From NCBI RefSeq assembly GCF_009914755.1, contig NC_060941.1: a stretch of DNA of 64,000 nucleotides. One strand, written 5' to 3'. Origin of the DNA: the human T2T-CHM13v2.0 reference genome, Homo sapiens. Below the pieces are notes generated by a model, which was not told the DNA's origin, did no database searches, and saw only the letters and a program-made list of their open reading frames with translations. Below are positions 13,892-28,616 of this stretch, piece by piece. The position numbers and the translations under genes were made by a program. How positions within the stretch are numbered: position 1 is the first letter of the stretch; each line of letters begins with the position of its first letter.

Positions 13892-14297
13892 TGATATGGT
13901 TTGGATCTGCATCCCCACCCACATCTCATAGGAATTGTGATCCCCAGTGTTGGAGGTGGGGTTTGGTGAGAGGTGATTAGATCATGGGGGTGGATCCTTC
14001 AGGAATGGTTTAGCCCCATCACCTTGGTGCTGTGAGTGAGTTCTCACGAGATCTGGTCGTTTAAAAGTGTGTAGCACCTCCCTGCTCCCTCTTTCTTCCT
14101 CCTGCTTCTGCCATGGAAAATGCCTCCCTCCCGCTTTGCCTTCTGCCATGATTGTAAGTTCCCTGAGGCCTCCCCAGAAACGTGTCACCATGCTTCCTGT
14201 ACGGCCTGTGGAACTGTGAAGCAATTAAACCTCTTTTCTGTATAAATTACCCAGTCTCAGGTATTTCCTTATAGCAATGAGAGAACAGATGAATACA
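13892..14297 (+). mobile_element. MSTA-like MaLR solo LTR
   Basis: TG...CA termini (tgatatggtttgg...gaataca), perfect 5-bp TSD accag. Confidence 0.95.
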
Positions 14298-14569
14298 ACC
14301 AGAGGCCAAATACATATTTCTTATTACACAGCATCATACTTTGCTTCACATGTGTATAACCAAGGATGTTTTTGCTTGTCTTATATGGTATGACCAGCTT
14401 GGCAGTGGATCTAACCTTTTAGGACTTTTGCTACTAACTCTGCTTGGTTTCTGTTTGTGTGTGACAATGTGATTCAAGCAGATGTTATAGTCTGGTGAAC
14501 GCCAGGTGTACTGTACTGGAGAAAATAGAAAAAGTCAGGGGCTGGTTTGATACCTTGTGGTCTTCCTGC

Positions 14570-14880
14570 ATGTACTATATGCCAGGAGACTTACTTCATA
14601 GTAAGACATACTATGAAGCCACTAGAAATTGTTTTTAAAGACTAGTTTAGTGACATGATGTTAAGAAGAGTGGCAAGGTACAAATGCCTATAAATAGACC
14701 AGAATGAAAATATACTTAAATGTACCTGGAGAAAAAGGCCAGAAGGAAGTGCGCCAACATGATAACGTTTATCTCTCGGTGCTCATAGAATGAGTAGTTT
14801 TTTTTTTCTTTATACTCTTCCACATTTTCCAAATTTTCACAAATGGGCTTGGATTACTTTTATAATCAGTAATTTAAATA
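14570..14880 (+). mobile_element. L1ME-like 3' end fragment
   Basis: gaaaaaggccagaaggaagtgcgccaacatgataac...ttttccaaatttt...ttacttttataatcag. Confidence 0.7.
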
Positions 14881-15540
14881 AACCTTTTAAAAGCACAGCT
14901 TGTCTATATTTCATAGTAAAGTCTAGATAATCTCTGCTGACTTTAAATTCAGCAGTATTATATACTTAACTATGATTGAGCTAAAAGATGCTGTCATTGA
15001 ATTTTTAATTTTGATACGATGTCCATTTAGAAAATAAGTTAGAACCTCCTTTGGACTTTTTCCCTCAGTGAACAGCTTATATCAAATTAGCATGAGGTTG
15101 ATTCTGAATTGGCTCACACTTGAAGTGAATGTCCTTTGTAATTTTCAAAGTGATCAGTGAGGGATTAGAAGCTTGCTGTAAAGTGGCAGTTTACCTACAC
15201 TTGCTCAGCTGTAAATTATTAACTTTTGGCCCAAAGGTAGCCCTGGAAGTCCTGAGCTATTCATTCAAGAGCACGGTAGGCAGAGGCCAATGACCTTAAA
15301 ACCAAACGGCCAGATTTCTAAGCGCAGTCTTAAAGCATTCTTCTTTGTTTCCACAAAGATCAAAGATATCCTTAAATCGATGTTAGAGAAAGCGTTCAAA
15401 GAAGTGTTCAGCTTCAAAGAAAAAAAAGTGGTAAGCTTTCTAGCCCTTTCCAGCTCGAAGTGCCCTGGGGTCTGTTGGTTTCTGGGTAGGTTGGGCGATA
15501 GGGACTTTGCCTGGTTGCCTTTTTTGCTGTCTGCTTCCTC

Positions 15541-16414
15541 ATCTGTGAAATGGGGATAACAACAGTGCCTGCTCAAACTTGTTGGGTGGACTGAATGAAT
15601 CCGTCCATATAAAATGCCTGGCACATAAGCACTCATCAGCTGTTGTTATAATTAAGGTCAGTCCTTGAAAGGCTTAAAGAAACCTGGGCAGGAGGCTGCT
15701 GTAAGTGACAAGCCACCCACACTGTCAGGCTGCATGCATTCCCATTCGTTAGGTGCCTCTTTGGGAATTCTGGATACTGACTGGCACACAGTGGGCATTC
15801 TGTAAATGGTGGTTAAATGGATGAATGAACCGGTAAGACCCCCTCCCTCACTATGGGTTTCTCTTACTCATCTGTAACTAATTCCAAAGTCTACCATCAT
15901 GAAAGAGCCTGCACTGTTGTCACCTGCCTCTACTGAGGTGGCTGATAGACTAGCTGCTGCTGGTGTCTATCACACAGGCTACAGGTCCTGGACCCCTGCA
16001 GGATGGGCAACCACCATCCTGACTGGCTGAGAGTGGACACCCAGGAAAAGATGGGTGTGGGCCATGCAGAAAGCTGCAGCGGAATGGCATTAGTGCAACT
16101 CCACGTGTGTGCCCGACGTGCTGGAACAGGGAGAGGGAAGCAGAGGCAGCGTAGTGTCAGAAGCGTACACAGGCAGAGGTGGCTAGGGGAGTGGGGAGCA
16201 TCCATGTGGCCGGCAGCTGGGGACTGACAGGCACAGCTGGATCCTCTCCCACCGTGTAGCCACCTGCCCAAACTCCACTAAGCCTTTTCAAGGACTGACC
16301 TTAATTATAACAGCTGATGAAGCTTATTGTGTGCTGGGCATTTTACATAGATGAGTTCAGTCAATCCACCCAATAGTCTCAAGCGGGTGCTGTTGTTATC
16401 CCTAGTTTAGAGAT
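15541..16414. repeat. Inverted duplication; arms 15541-15697 and 16258-16414, partly MIR-derived
   Basis: Includes a perfect 27-bp reverse-complement match, 15644-15670 vs 16286-16312. Confidence 0.9.
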
Positions 16415-16681
16415 ATCAAAGAAGTTGAACAAGCCCCATCACAGGAAAAAGGAGGTGCTGGGATTTGATCCCTGGCAGCCTGACTCTGAAGCCTGTGTAA
16501 CCTTGTGCTTCCTCCTCCTGCTGGAAACATCCTGTTCCTGTGTGTGGACTGCACACCCCGGGTGCCAGAAACCTCACTGTGGATTGTCTGTCTGAGATCT
16601 ACCCTGTCCATGTGTCACAGTATTGGAAAAGGTTCTGGAACTCTGGCCTTTGTCTCAAAAAAAGTTGGGGGTGGGTGGGCG

Positions 16682-16955
16682 GTCTCGCTCTGTCACCTAG
16701 GCTGGAGTGCAATGGCGCGATCTCGGCTCACTGCAACCTCCGCCTCCTGGGTTCAAGTGATTCTCCTGCCTCAGTCTCCTGAGCAGCTGGGACTACAGGT
16801 GCCCCCTACCACGCCCAGCTAATTTTTGTATTTTTGGTAGAGATGGGGGTTTTGCCATGTTGGCCAGGCTGGTCTCAAACTCCTGAGCTCAAGTGATCCA
16901 TTTGCCTCGGCCTCCCAAAGTGCTGGAATTACAGGTGTGAGCCACCGTGCCCAGC
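16682..16955 (-). mobile_element. AluS
   Basis: Alu consensus reverse complement. Confidence 0.96.
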
Positions 16956-18127
16956 CTGGCCTTTTTTTTTTTTAATACAATAAAAAGATTAATTGAAAAT
17001 TATTAAATCCATAGCATAGTTTTCTGCAGTTTACCGTATTGTTCAATTTAGGTATAATTACAGATACAGGTGCCCTAATACCACAAAACTGTCTGGCTAG
17101 TGTGAACTTTGGTCCCTAAAGATCTGGTGAAATCCCTAGCCAGGTGCAGCAGAGGAATTTGTCTTTGCCTGGATTATCATCTTTGGTTCTTACTGTCCTG
17201 TGTTGCCTCTGTGGCCCATCCATTCCTAGGCTGCAAGGATGGCTTCAGGCCATTTCTGCTTGTAGAGACTTGCATTCTCTCTCTGGAATTGCTCTAAGCT
17301 TAGATTTTCAGTTGAGCAAACACTCATCACATGTACCTGCAGAGAGCTCCTGCTGTCTCTTTTCTCAGTTGCATACCACCCCAGGTAAGGAGGGTCCCTC
17401 TGCCTCCAGTGTCACTGCAAAGCGACAGCTACCTGTTGCCCATTGCCCAGGCTCACGTTTGGTCTTTTGTTTGGCTGCCTCTCAGGTAGTGGAAGGTGAA
17501 ACACAGGACTTTTCCTGATAGAGATAGTTATTCCTCTGTTGAAATCCAATTTAAATATCGTTCTCTTCATGGCAAAAAAGAGTCCTAGAGTTGCTCAGGC
17601 CATTCTTTGGTTCACAGTCCCCAGGATGCATGCAACTGGGATTTTTCTTAAACTACTTACCTCTTTTATTTCTATGGTAACTCCCATGCTAGGAATACAA
17701 AACACAAATCTGCACAGCAATGTTGCACACTCTCTGTTTTATTTTCCCCAAATTAGCCATGTTTGAGCGTGGACCTCTTCATGGGCAGTGAGGATCACTC
17801 AGCACACATTTCTGTAAACTTTTTGGTGCGCGTGGGTTTTACTGTCTTCTGTTGAAGCTGTGTCCCCCATTTGGAAGGACGTGCAGGTGTGAAGGAAGGA
17901 CAGTTCTTGCTGAAAAAGATGGGAATGGCTTGCAGATGTCTGTGGATTAAGCAGATCTAAAAGCTATGAGAAAACTGCCTACTTGTGTGTGTGCGCGTAT
18001 GTGTATAGTAAATGTATATATGCATATATTTTATATTGACATTCTGTAGATATGTTTGAATACAGAAACTTGTTTTTACTCCGACTACTGAATCCAGAAG
18101 TACCAAATAATATACAGTAAACAGTAA

Positions 18128-18815
<688 letters not shown>

Positions 18816-19622
18816 TCAGCATTTTTTGAGTGTTTTTCTTTCTGCAGTTGATCAGTTGGATCCTCCATATCTTGCGTATATACATGGGCTCAATTATTAT
18901 GTTAGGATAATCAAATAAGAATACTAGTTCAATGATTAGCACTGAGTGGTTGTTAGGCAGTCATGTGCTCAACACTGATGTCACCTCTTTCTGTAAGCAT
19001 ACTGAGTAGAGACATTTTTTAGGTTTAAATTGACTTAAATGAAAGTGAATAAAAAGGCCTTTTCAAAAGAATGGGTTTGAAAAACCTCAGTACCCTTTAA
19101 TACATGTACATTTCTTTCCTTTCTTCATTTAATATAACATGTGTCTGTTGTAACTGTGTTTCTTAAATGTTATTTTAAGGTTATATGTTCTTTAATTATG
19201 GTCAAATATAATTTGGTCACCAAAAACGAAATAATAGTTTAAAACAAGTAGCTGTTACTAAGGGTGCTAAAAATACTCATTTTATAATTAATTTTTAAAG
19301 TTTTCTTAGTATATTATAAATTGTGCCCTGGTCAAGTACAAATGTACACATCAAAATGCCCATATTGTATCTGTCTTTAGTCACTTGATGTGAATTATAT
19401 GTGAATTTTTTTTGGTTCAAAGTTTTACTAACCAGAATTAAACACTCCGCATGAGAAAAACGGCACAACACAATCTTGAGGTCCCTTCTGAATCATCAGA
19501 TTATATTATGCTTCATATGTTAAAGAAAAAAGAAACCTGCCTACTTTATTAAACTTACAAGTTTAATAGAGTCTTGGAGATTGATGTCTTGGGGCATGAT
19601 TGGGAAAGTCTCCAAGGCATAG

Positions 19623-20065
<443 letters not shown>

Positions 20066-20135
20066 AGGGGACATGTTCTTAAAGTTTATGAAGCATCAGC
20101 TTTGTCTAAGCTTTAGTCAAGAGTCAGAACTAATA

Positions 20136-20488
20136 CAGATGGTCCCAACTTAGCATGGTTTGGCTTAAGATTTTTCAACTTCATGACGGTGTAAAAGTGA
20201 TAGAAATTCAGTAGAAATTGTACTTCAAGTACCTGTACGACCATTCTGTTTTTCATTTTTCAGCACAGCATTCAGTAAATACACAAGATACTTAACATTT
20301 TATTATCAAATAGGCTTTGCATGAGATGATTTTACCCAACTGTAGGCTCATGTAAGTGTTCTGTGGACGGTTAAGGTAGGCTCGGCTACGATATGGTGTT
20401 AGGTGTATTAAATGCACGACAATACTTTCAATATATGGTGGTTTTTCGGGATGTAACCCATTCTAGGTTGAGGAGCATGGAGCATTTG
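20136..20488 (-). mobile_element. MER47A (TcMar-Tigger MITE)
   Basis: cagatggtcccaactta...gaggagcat termini, TA on both flanks, internal ttaaggtaggct...ttaggtgtattaaatgca. Confidence 0.88.
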
Positions 20489-20827
20489 TAGTCAGAGGGA
20501 AGAAAAGACATTTGGAGGATTTTGACTGGCGATTTTTATCATTTTGAGACCAGTTTTGGACTAAGAAGACAGTCAAATCAATGTTCTCTTTTGGCCTGAA
20601 GTTTTGGAATTCAGTGATGTCGTTGTCCCCTGCATTCCCCTCCTTTGTGGAATTTCAAAACCCCCTTCACATAATGAGAGAAATTAACCCTGAAGAAAGA
20701 AAGGACTGGAATTTCTACTAGCTTGTTGATAATGCATTATTGTTATGCTGTCATGGGAAACCTGTCTTCCTAGGTTCTAAATTGGTGGATGACTGTCTGG
20801 TGACGGAGTCCAAGCGTCATTGCACAA

Positions 20828-20915
20828 TGAAGATGAAAAACGCATGTTGGATGGCTACTCCAGTGAAGTTGAAAAATGCTTGCCTGATAAAATGCTTGCC
20901 TGATGGCTACTCCAG
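20828..20915 (+). repeat. 36-bp tandem duplication with a nested 16-bp duplication
   Basis: gatggctactccagt twice; aaaatgcttgcctgat twice. Confidence 0.85.
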
Positions 20916-21235
20916 TTGGGCACATGCATACTGCCTTCTGCTTTTGCTCAGGAGGAAGATAAGTGAAACTAAAGGATTTTGGTTGAGTAATTTAGAGAGA
21001 GAGTAAAAAGATTTTGGTGTTTGTCATGGGAGTTCACAGGCTCTTCTAATGGAACAGAGAACTGCTTTAGGGGCCAGTTTCAGGTTTTTGCCTTTCTGGA
21101 AGGAAGGGGCAGTCCCTTTTCCCTTTGACCACTTACCTCTATTGTCAGTTTGTGTAATTATGTCAGAACTCAGCCACAGCCTCTGTTTTTTTTTTTTTTT
21201 TTTATAGCTCTATCAAGTGATTTTCAGCTTTATAG

Positions 21236-21593
<358 letters not shown>

Positions 21594-21631
21594 TGAAATT
21601 TCTTTTTCTCTACTTTTTCCTTTTTACCCAC

Positions 21632-22039
21632 TGTTTAGTTTGCTAGGGCTGCTGTGACAGAGTACCACAGACTGGGTAGCTTAAACAGCAGAAGTTTATT
21701 TTTTCACAATTCTGGTGGCTAGATGTTTAAGATCAAGGTGTCAGCAGGGGGTTGGTTTTGTCTGGAGCTTCTCTCCTTGCCTCGTCGATGCCATCTCCTC
21801 CTTGTATCTTTACGTGGTTTTCTCTCTGTCCTTGTTTGTCATAATCTCTTCTCATAAAGATCCCAGTCCTACCAGATTAGGGCCCACCTTAATGACCTCA
21901 TATAACCCTCTTGCCTTTCTAAAAGGTCCTATTTCCAAATAAGGTCACATTCTGAGATACTGGGGATTGGGACTTTAACATGAGTGATTTGAGGGGAGAC
22001 TAACGTGAATTTTTGGGGGGTGAGGTTCAGCTCATAACA
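21632..22039 (-). mobile_element. MLT1A/B-type MaLR solo LTR
   Basis: tttgctagggctgctgtgacagagtaccacagactgggtagcttaaac...aaggtcacattctgag; 5-bp TSD cccac. Confidence 0.9.
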
Positions 22040-22565
22040 CCCACTTCACTTTTTCGTAGTACATTGGCAGTTCTGTTTCAAGAGCTCAGTTAATAATTAT
22101 TTGATGTGTCATGGATTAGAACATGAAACAGGAATTTTGTTTTATTCATAAAACTGTATCCCTAGCACCTAGAGCATAGCGTAAGCCCTCAATAAATATA
22201 GGTTGGATATTATTGGATGAATACATGTCATATCTGGAAGAAGGATAAAGGAATGCCCTGAAGACATGTTAGTTTCAAAATGTTCTAAAGGCCCAGAAGG
22301 GTAGTGAGGATTTTCACTGGCTTCAGGGCTCTGTGCAATAATATAGAAATAGAGAATCTCACACTGAAGCCAGTCAACAGGACCAACTTCTTTTAGCCAG
22401 TCCTGTCTTTCCAGCAGCATCATGCAATCTAGGACATAAGAGAGCCCGTGTCAAACCATTTTTATATACCGTGACACTCTTATTTTTAACACAGTGGTTG
22501 GATTATTTATAAGCAATCTTGGATTCATTCAATAACCACAGGTAGATAGTGCTCTCACCTCATTA

Positions 22566-22872
<307 letters not shown>

Positions 22873-23959
22873 GTATTATTGCAGAGAAGGAGGTACTCTT
22901 AGAACTCTGGACTCTGTTAGCAAAAGCGTTGGGGATTGATAGTGATTTAATTTTATTCATGATGCTGAGAGAGTCTCACCGGAATGCAGCGAGGATTTTG
23001 CCCCTCATGTCATCAAGCTGGTAGTACTTTGTTTTATGCCCGGTTTCTTGTCTGATGCAACCTTTTATGCACCATAGTGAAAAGTTGTGCTTAACATGTT
23101 TATGATCCCATATTTGGAAATCTTGCCTTATTTGGATTTTGCAGGTTTGATAGTTTGATAATTCAGAGAGGTTGGACTCAAATTTTTATCTATAAACAAG
23201 GGATTTACTAACAATAGTTTGGAATGATATGACTAAGAAAGATGTTCATTACTTACAGATCTCTTTAGAAGCATCATTTACATACAATAATTACCTGACT
23301 CAGAAGAAAGTCCCCTAGGGAAGTCATCTGACAGTCCTGGTCACTGTCTGTGCTTTAAAGCTGGCTGTTACTGAAGCCTTTAATGCATACTGTTTTTCTT
23401 CCCAGGTAATCTGCAATAGTAATTATGGTTTAGTTGAGTGGCCTCCCCCAGTTGAGAAACACAATCATACCATGCAGTAAAAAATATTTAAAGCACACTT
23501 ATAGTTCTAGAACTTTGCATGGATAACTCTAATTAGTCTGGGAGCGCTTCCCTGGAGCCGAATGTGTTTAAGAATTCAATCTTTTAAGTGCCGGTGATGT
23601 CAGTTTGGAGACAGCAGTATGTGGCTCCATTCCACCGTGAATCCTTTGCTAGCTGCAGTGTACTTTAGCTAATAGAATCAAGTGCTTGTCTTCAAGTTTT
23701 TTAAGAGCATAAAAACCCTGTTTATTAAAACAATTCTCTTTGGCACTTTGCAGCATTATGATAATGCTGTCTTAGCAGAAGTGTAGAGAGCTGTGAACTC
23801 CTAGGGGGAGGCTCTGGAGGAGGACCATTCTTTCCCATTGTATTTCTTCGGGACAAGCATCATTTCTTTCCTTAGTCAAAGGCTTTGTCTCAGCTTGCAC
23901 TTCACGTTTTGAATATCGTTCTGGAGAAAAGCAACAGCAAGTATTCTGGATATTACTCA

Positions 23960-24376
<417 letters not shown>

Positions 24377-24456
24377 TTACTGATAGGGATGGAAGTCTTC
24401 CAAATCTGGAAAAATCAATGTATGAAAGATCCATAAATATTCTGAATTTGTCTTAA

Positions 24457-24928
<472 letters not shown>

Positions 24929-25879
24929 TGAGTAAACATAGCCAAAGTTTTCAGAATCACTGAATGCTGCTAGTTCTTTTCTTTTCGTGATTAATTCAGA
25001 CAGGCCGCATCCCTGCGAGACCCTTCTTCTCCCACCTCCACCAACATCCACAGACCTCTCCCTCCAAGGCTACAACCACCGAGCCCTCTGACAGATTTGA
25101 TCGCACTGCTCAGGCTTACTGTCCTCACTTTGTTCTGTGTGTGGTTTGGTATTTTTCTGTCCTGCCCACCCAGGCCAGGCCTTCCCCACGGTGCTGTGAT
25201 AGAGTATTGTTATTTGTTGCTTATTGTCTGGAGAAAATCTCTCAATTCCATATCAAACTGTTGTTTGAGGCCTTTTGTTTTCATTGTCAAATGTGTCGGG
25301 TGGCAGTCTCATGAAAAAAATCACATTTGAAGGTATATTCATAATACCTGGTAGGAAGAGAAAAATAATGGTGTTCCTGTGACCTGTTTACCTGATTCTG
25401 AAACTAAACAGTGTTGCATGGAAAGCGATTTTAGCGATCTTAGAAAAGAATGTGTTGTGTCTTTTTTTTGGAAACCCAGCGATTCAGTTAGCATATTATT
25501 TGTTTGCGTGTATCTTACCCTTTCAAGAACTCTAAGGTATGTGCGACATGGTAACCCCAATGCAAACGGCATTAAATTGTGGAAGCAGGAATGGTGTTAA
25601 AAGGATTCTTAGAGGTGGTGCCGGTTAGGAGGAGGAAGGAAGCCGTTGCATGCCAGGTATGGTGTCACCACACATATTTCGTCCTGGTAGTGATCCTGTG
25701 AATTACCCTCCGTGACCATGCTTTGTGGTTGAGCACAGTGAGTCCCTGTCTGGGCAAGGGATGATGTAGCAGCAAATGGCCGAGCTGGCTAGGAGTCACA
25801 CCCAGGCCTCCTTTGTCTACGTTGGATTACTTTTTCTGTGTCTACCAGCATTAGAAAATGAGAAAAGTGTCATTATTTG

Positions 25880-26290
25880 CAGGAACATAGGGCATTTCAG
25901 GTTAGGAAGGAAGCAAGAGTGAAAGTCTAGGATAGAGGTGAACATGAACCAGGATATTCGGGGAACGATGATCAGACAGTCCAGCTGGAGTGGGGAGTGC
26001 TGGTGTAGGGTGGGGAAGGAAAGGTTGGCAAGAAGTCACGCCCTTCTGCCCGACTGAGGAATTGGTTTTCATCATCTATAGGAACTTTTGTAAGTTTTTG
26101 AGGAGAAACACTAGTGAGTGACAACTTGGGAGTGGTGTTTGACCATAAAGGTTAGGCAGCCTGTGTTGTGCAAAGTGATTATACAGGAGCAAGATTTCAG
26201 GTTGTGTCAATGGTCCAGGGAGGCGGAGTAAACAGACAGGAAGACAGGAAGGAGTAAGTGAAACGTTAAAAGATTTGGGTGGTTGCAGAG
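25880..26290 (-). mobile_element. L2 relic
   Basis: Antisense L2-like purine-rich pattern (ggaattggttttcatc...gtggtgtttgacc). Confidence 0.55.
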
Positions 26291-26748
26291 GGGAGGTGGT
26301 TTGAGGAGGAAGATTATTGTAGCACCATCTGCTGGCACCAGTACTATCTACACCAGAGCCATTCCTCTTCCTGTGCTGCAAGAACCCCCGTTTTGTTCAA
26401 CTGTCCAACCCTTGCCCTTGTAACTTGGGTAAATCCTGACTGCTTTGAGACAGTCGTGGGAATACCCTTCAAGGGTGGGCATGTGATTCCTGTTAGTGAG
26501 CAGGTAACTTCTGAGAAAGGTTTCTTTACCCTAAAAAGGGACACAAAGAAGAGGTTGTTTCAGCTGCTGCTGGATGTTGCCATGCGTGCATGTATCTCCT
26601 GGAGCAGTGGCAGCCATCCTGTGACCATGAGGAAAGCTGGCAGAAGGAAACAGGACCTTCGTAGGTGGTTGAGTGGCTAAATTAATTAACCCTGGGGTTT
26701 TCCTGCCTCAGACCTTTTTGTAAGATTATTAACCTTTATTGTTTAAGG

Positions 26749-27269
<521 letters not shown>

Positions 27270-28237
27270 GTCTAAGCCATTTTGAGTTAGGTTTTCTGTT
27301 TATTTGTAGCCAAAGCCTGTTTAAGATGCTGGCCTTGTTTTGTACCTCTTAACTGGAGATTGTCCTGTAGGCAAGGGCTTTCTAGAGCTGTTGTGCTGTC
27401 AGGACTGAAGATGTGCATTTGGGATTCACTTTCATATCACAGAAAGCAGTTAAGAAAGAGTTTCTAAGTATGGGGGGATTTATAACATCAAGTGCAGATT
27501 TGTTGCAATTTCAATGTGGTGGTGAAAAGCCAAGATGGCAGGTGCTTAAAAAGGGAATGAGTGGGAAGATCAATTTATTGGCATAAATTAAAAGAAATGT
27601 TTCAGATATTTCACCTGAGAACCTAGGATGCATCTTGATGGTCCTAGATTATGAAAGTTAATGTTTAATCTGACTTGCTCCAAACGAGGACAAAGTTAGG
27701 CAAAAATGCATCCCATGTAACTTGTTTTTGTGGCCTCTGTGATTCCTCCTCCTGACCTCTGCTGTGCTGGTACTGAGCAAAGACTTAAGGTATATATGAG
27801 ACCCTCATGTATAATGGTTTGACTGATAGCCCCTTACTTGTATGATTTTTTTCTCATCGTAAATGGTGCTTTTACACAGTAATTGCCCGACTCACATGAT
27901 TCACTTCGATTCCACTCTCTGTGGCTGATGTTGCATGAAGGTTGTAGGCACTGCTGTGCCAGAGTCAACAGGGATAAAGAAACCTGATAGATTGATTTGA
28001 TGGCAGGAATGTGTGATTAGAGAAGGTCGAATCCATAGGCCTTTGCAGGAAGCAGGGATTCCAGCACCGATATCGAGCTGTCTTCAAAATACTAATGAAC
28101 AGGTGAGATGTCAAAGGAAGACAGCATGAACCAAAGATGATTTATTTGATCACTTCAGGGGGAATAAAACCAGTTGAAATCACATTAGAATTCAAGGGAA
28201 ACTGCACAAGACATTTCAAGAAAGTTGAAAAAGATAG

Positions 28238-28616
<379 letters not shown>

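Larger units (their letters stand above)
12521..14338 (-). mobile_element. MER21-type LTR, interrupted by an Alu and an MST LTR
   Basis: gtgtcagatcccacaagttaagggctcagtccca, ctcacagaacttagg, ataaaggatat...gatgaacagccaga, agctctgtgttaggaactggggtcaaaga. Confidence 0.8.
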
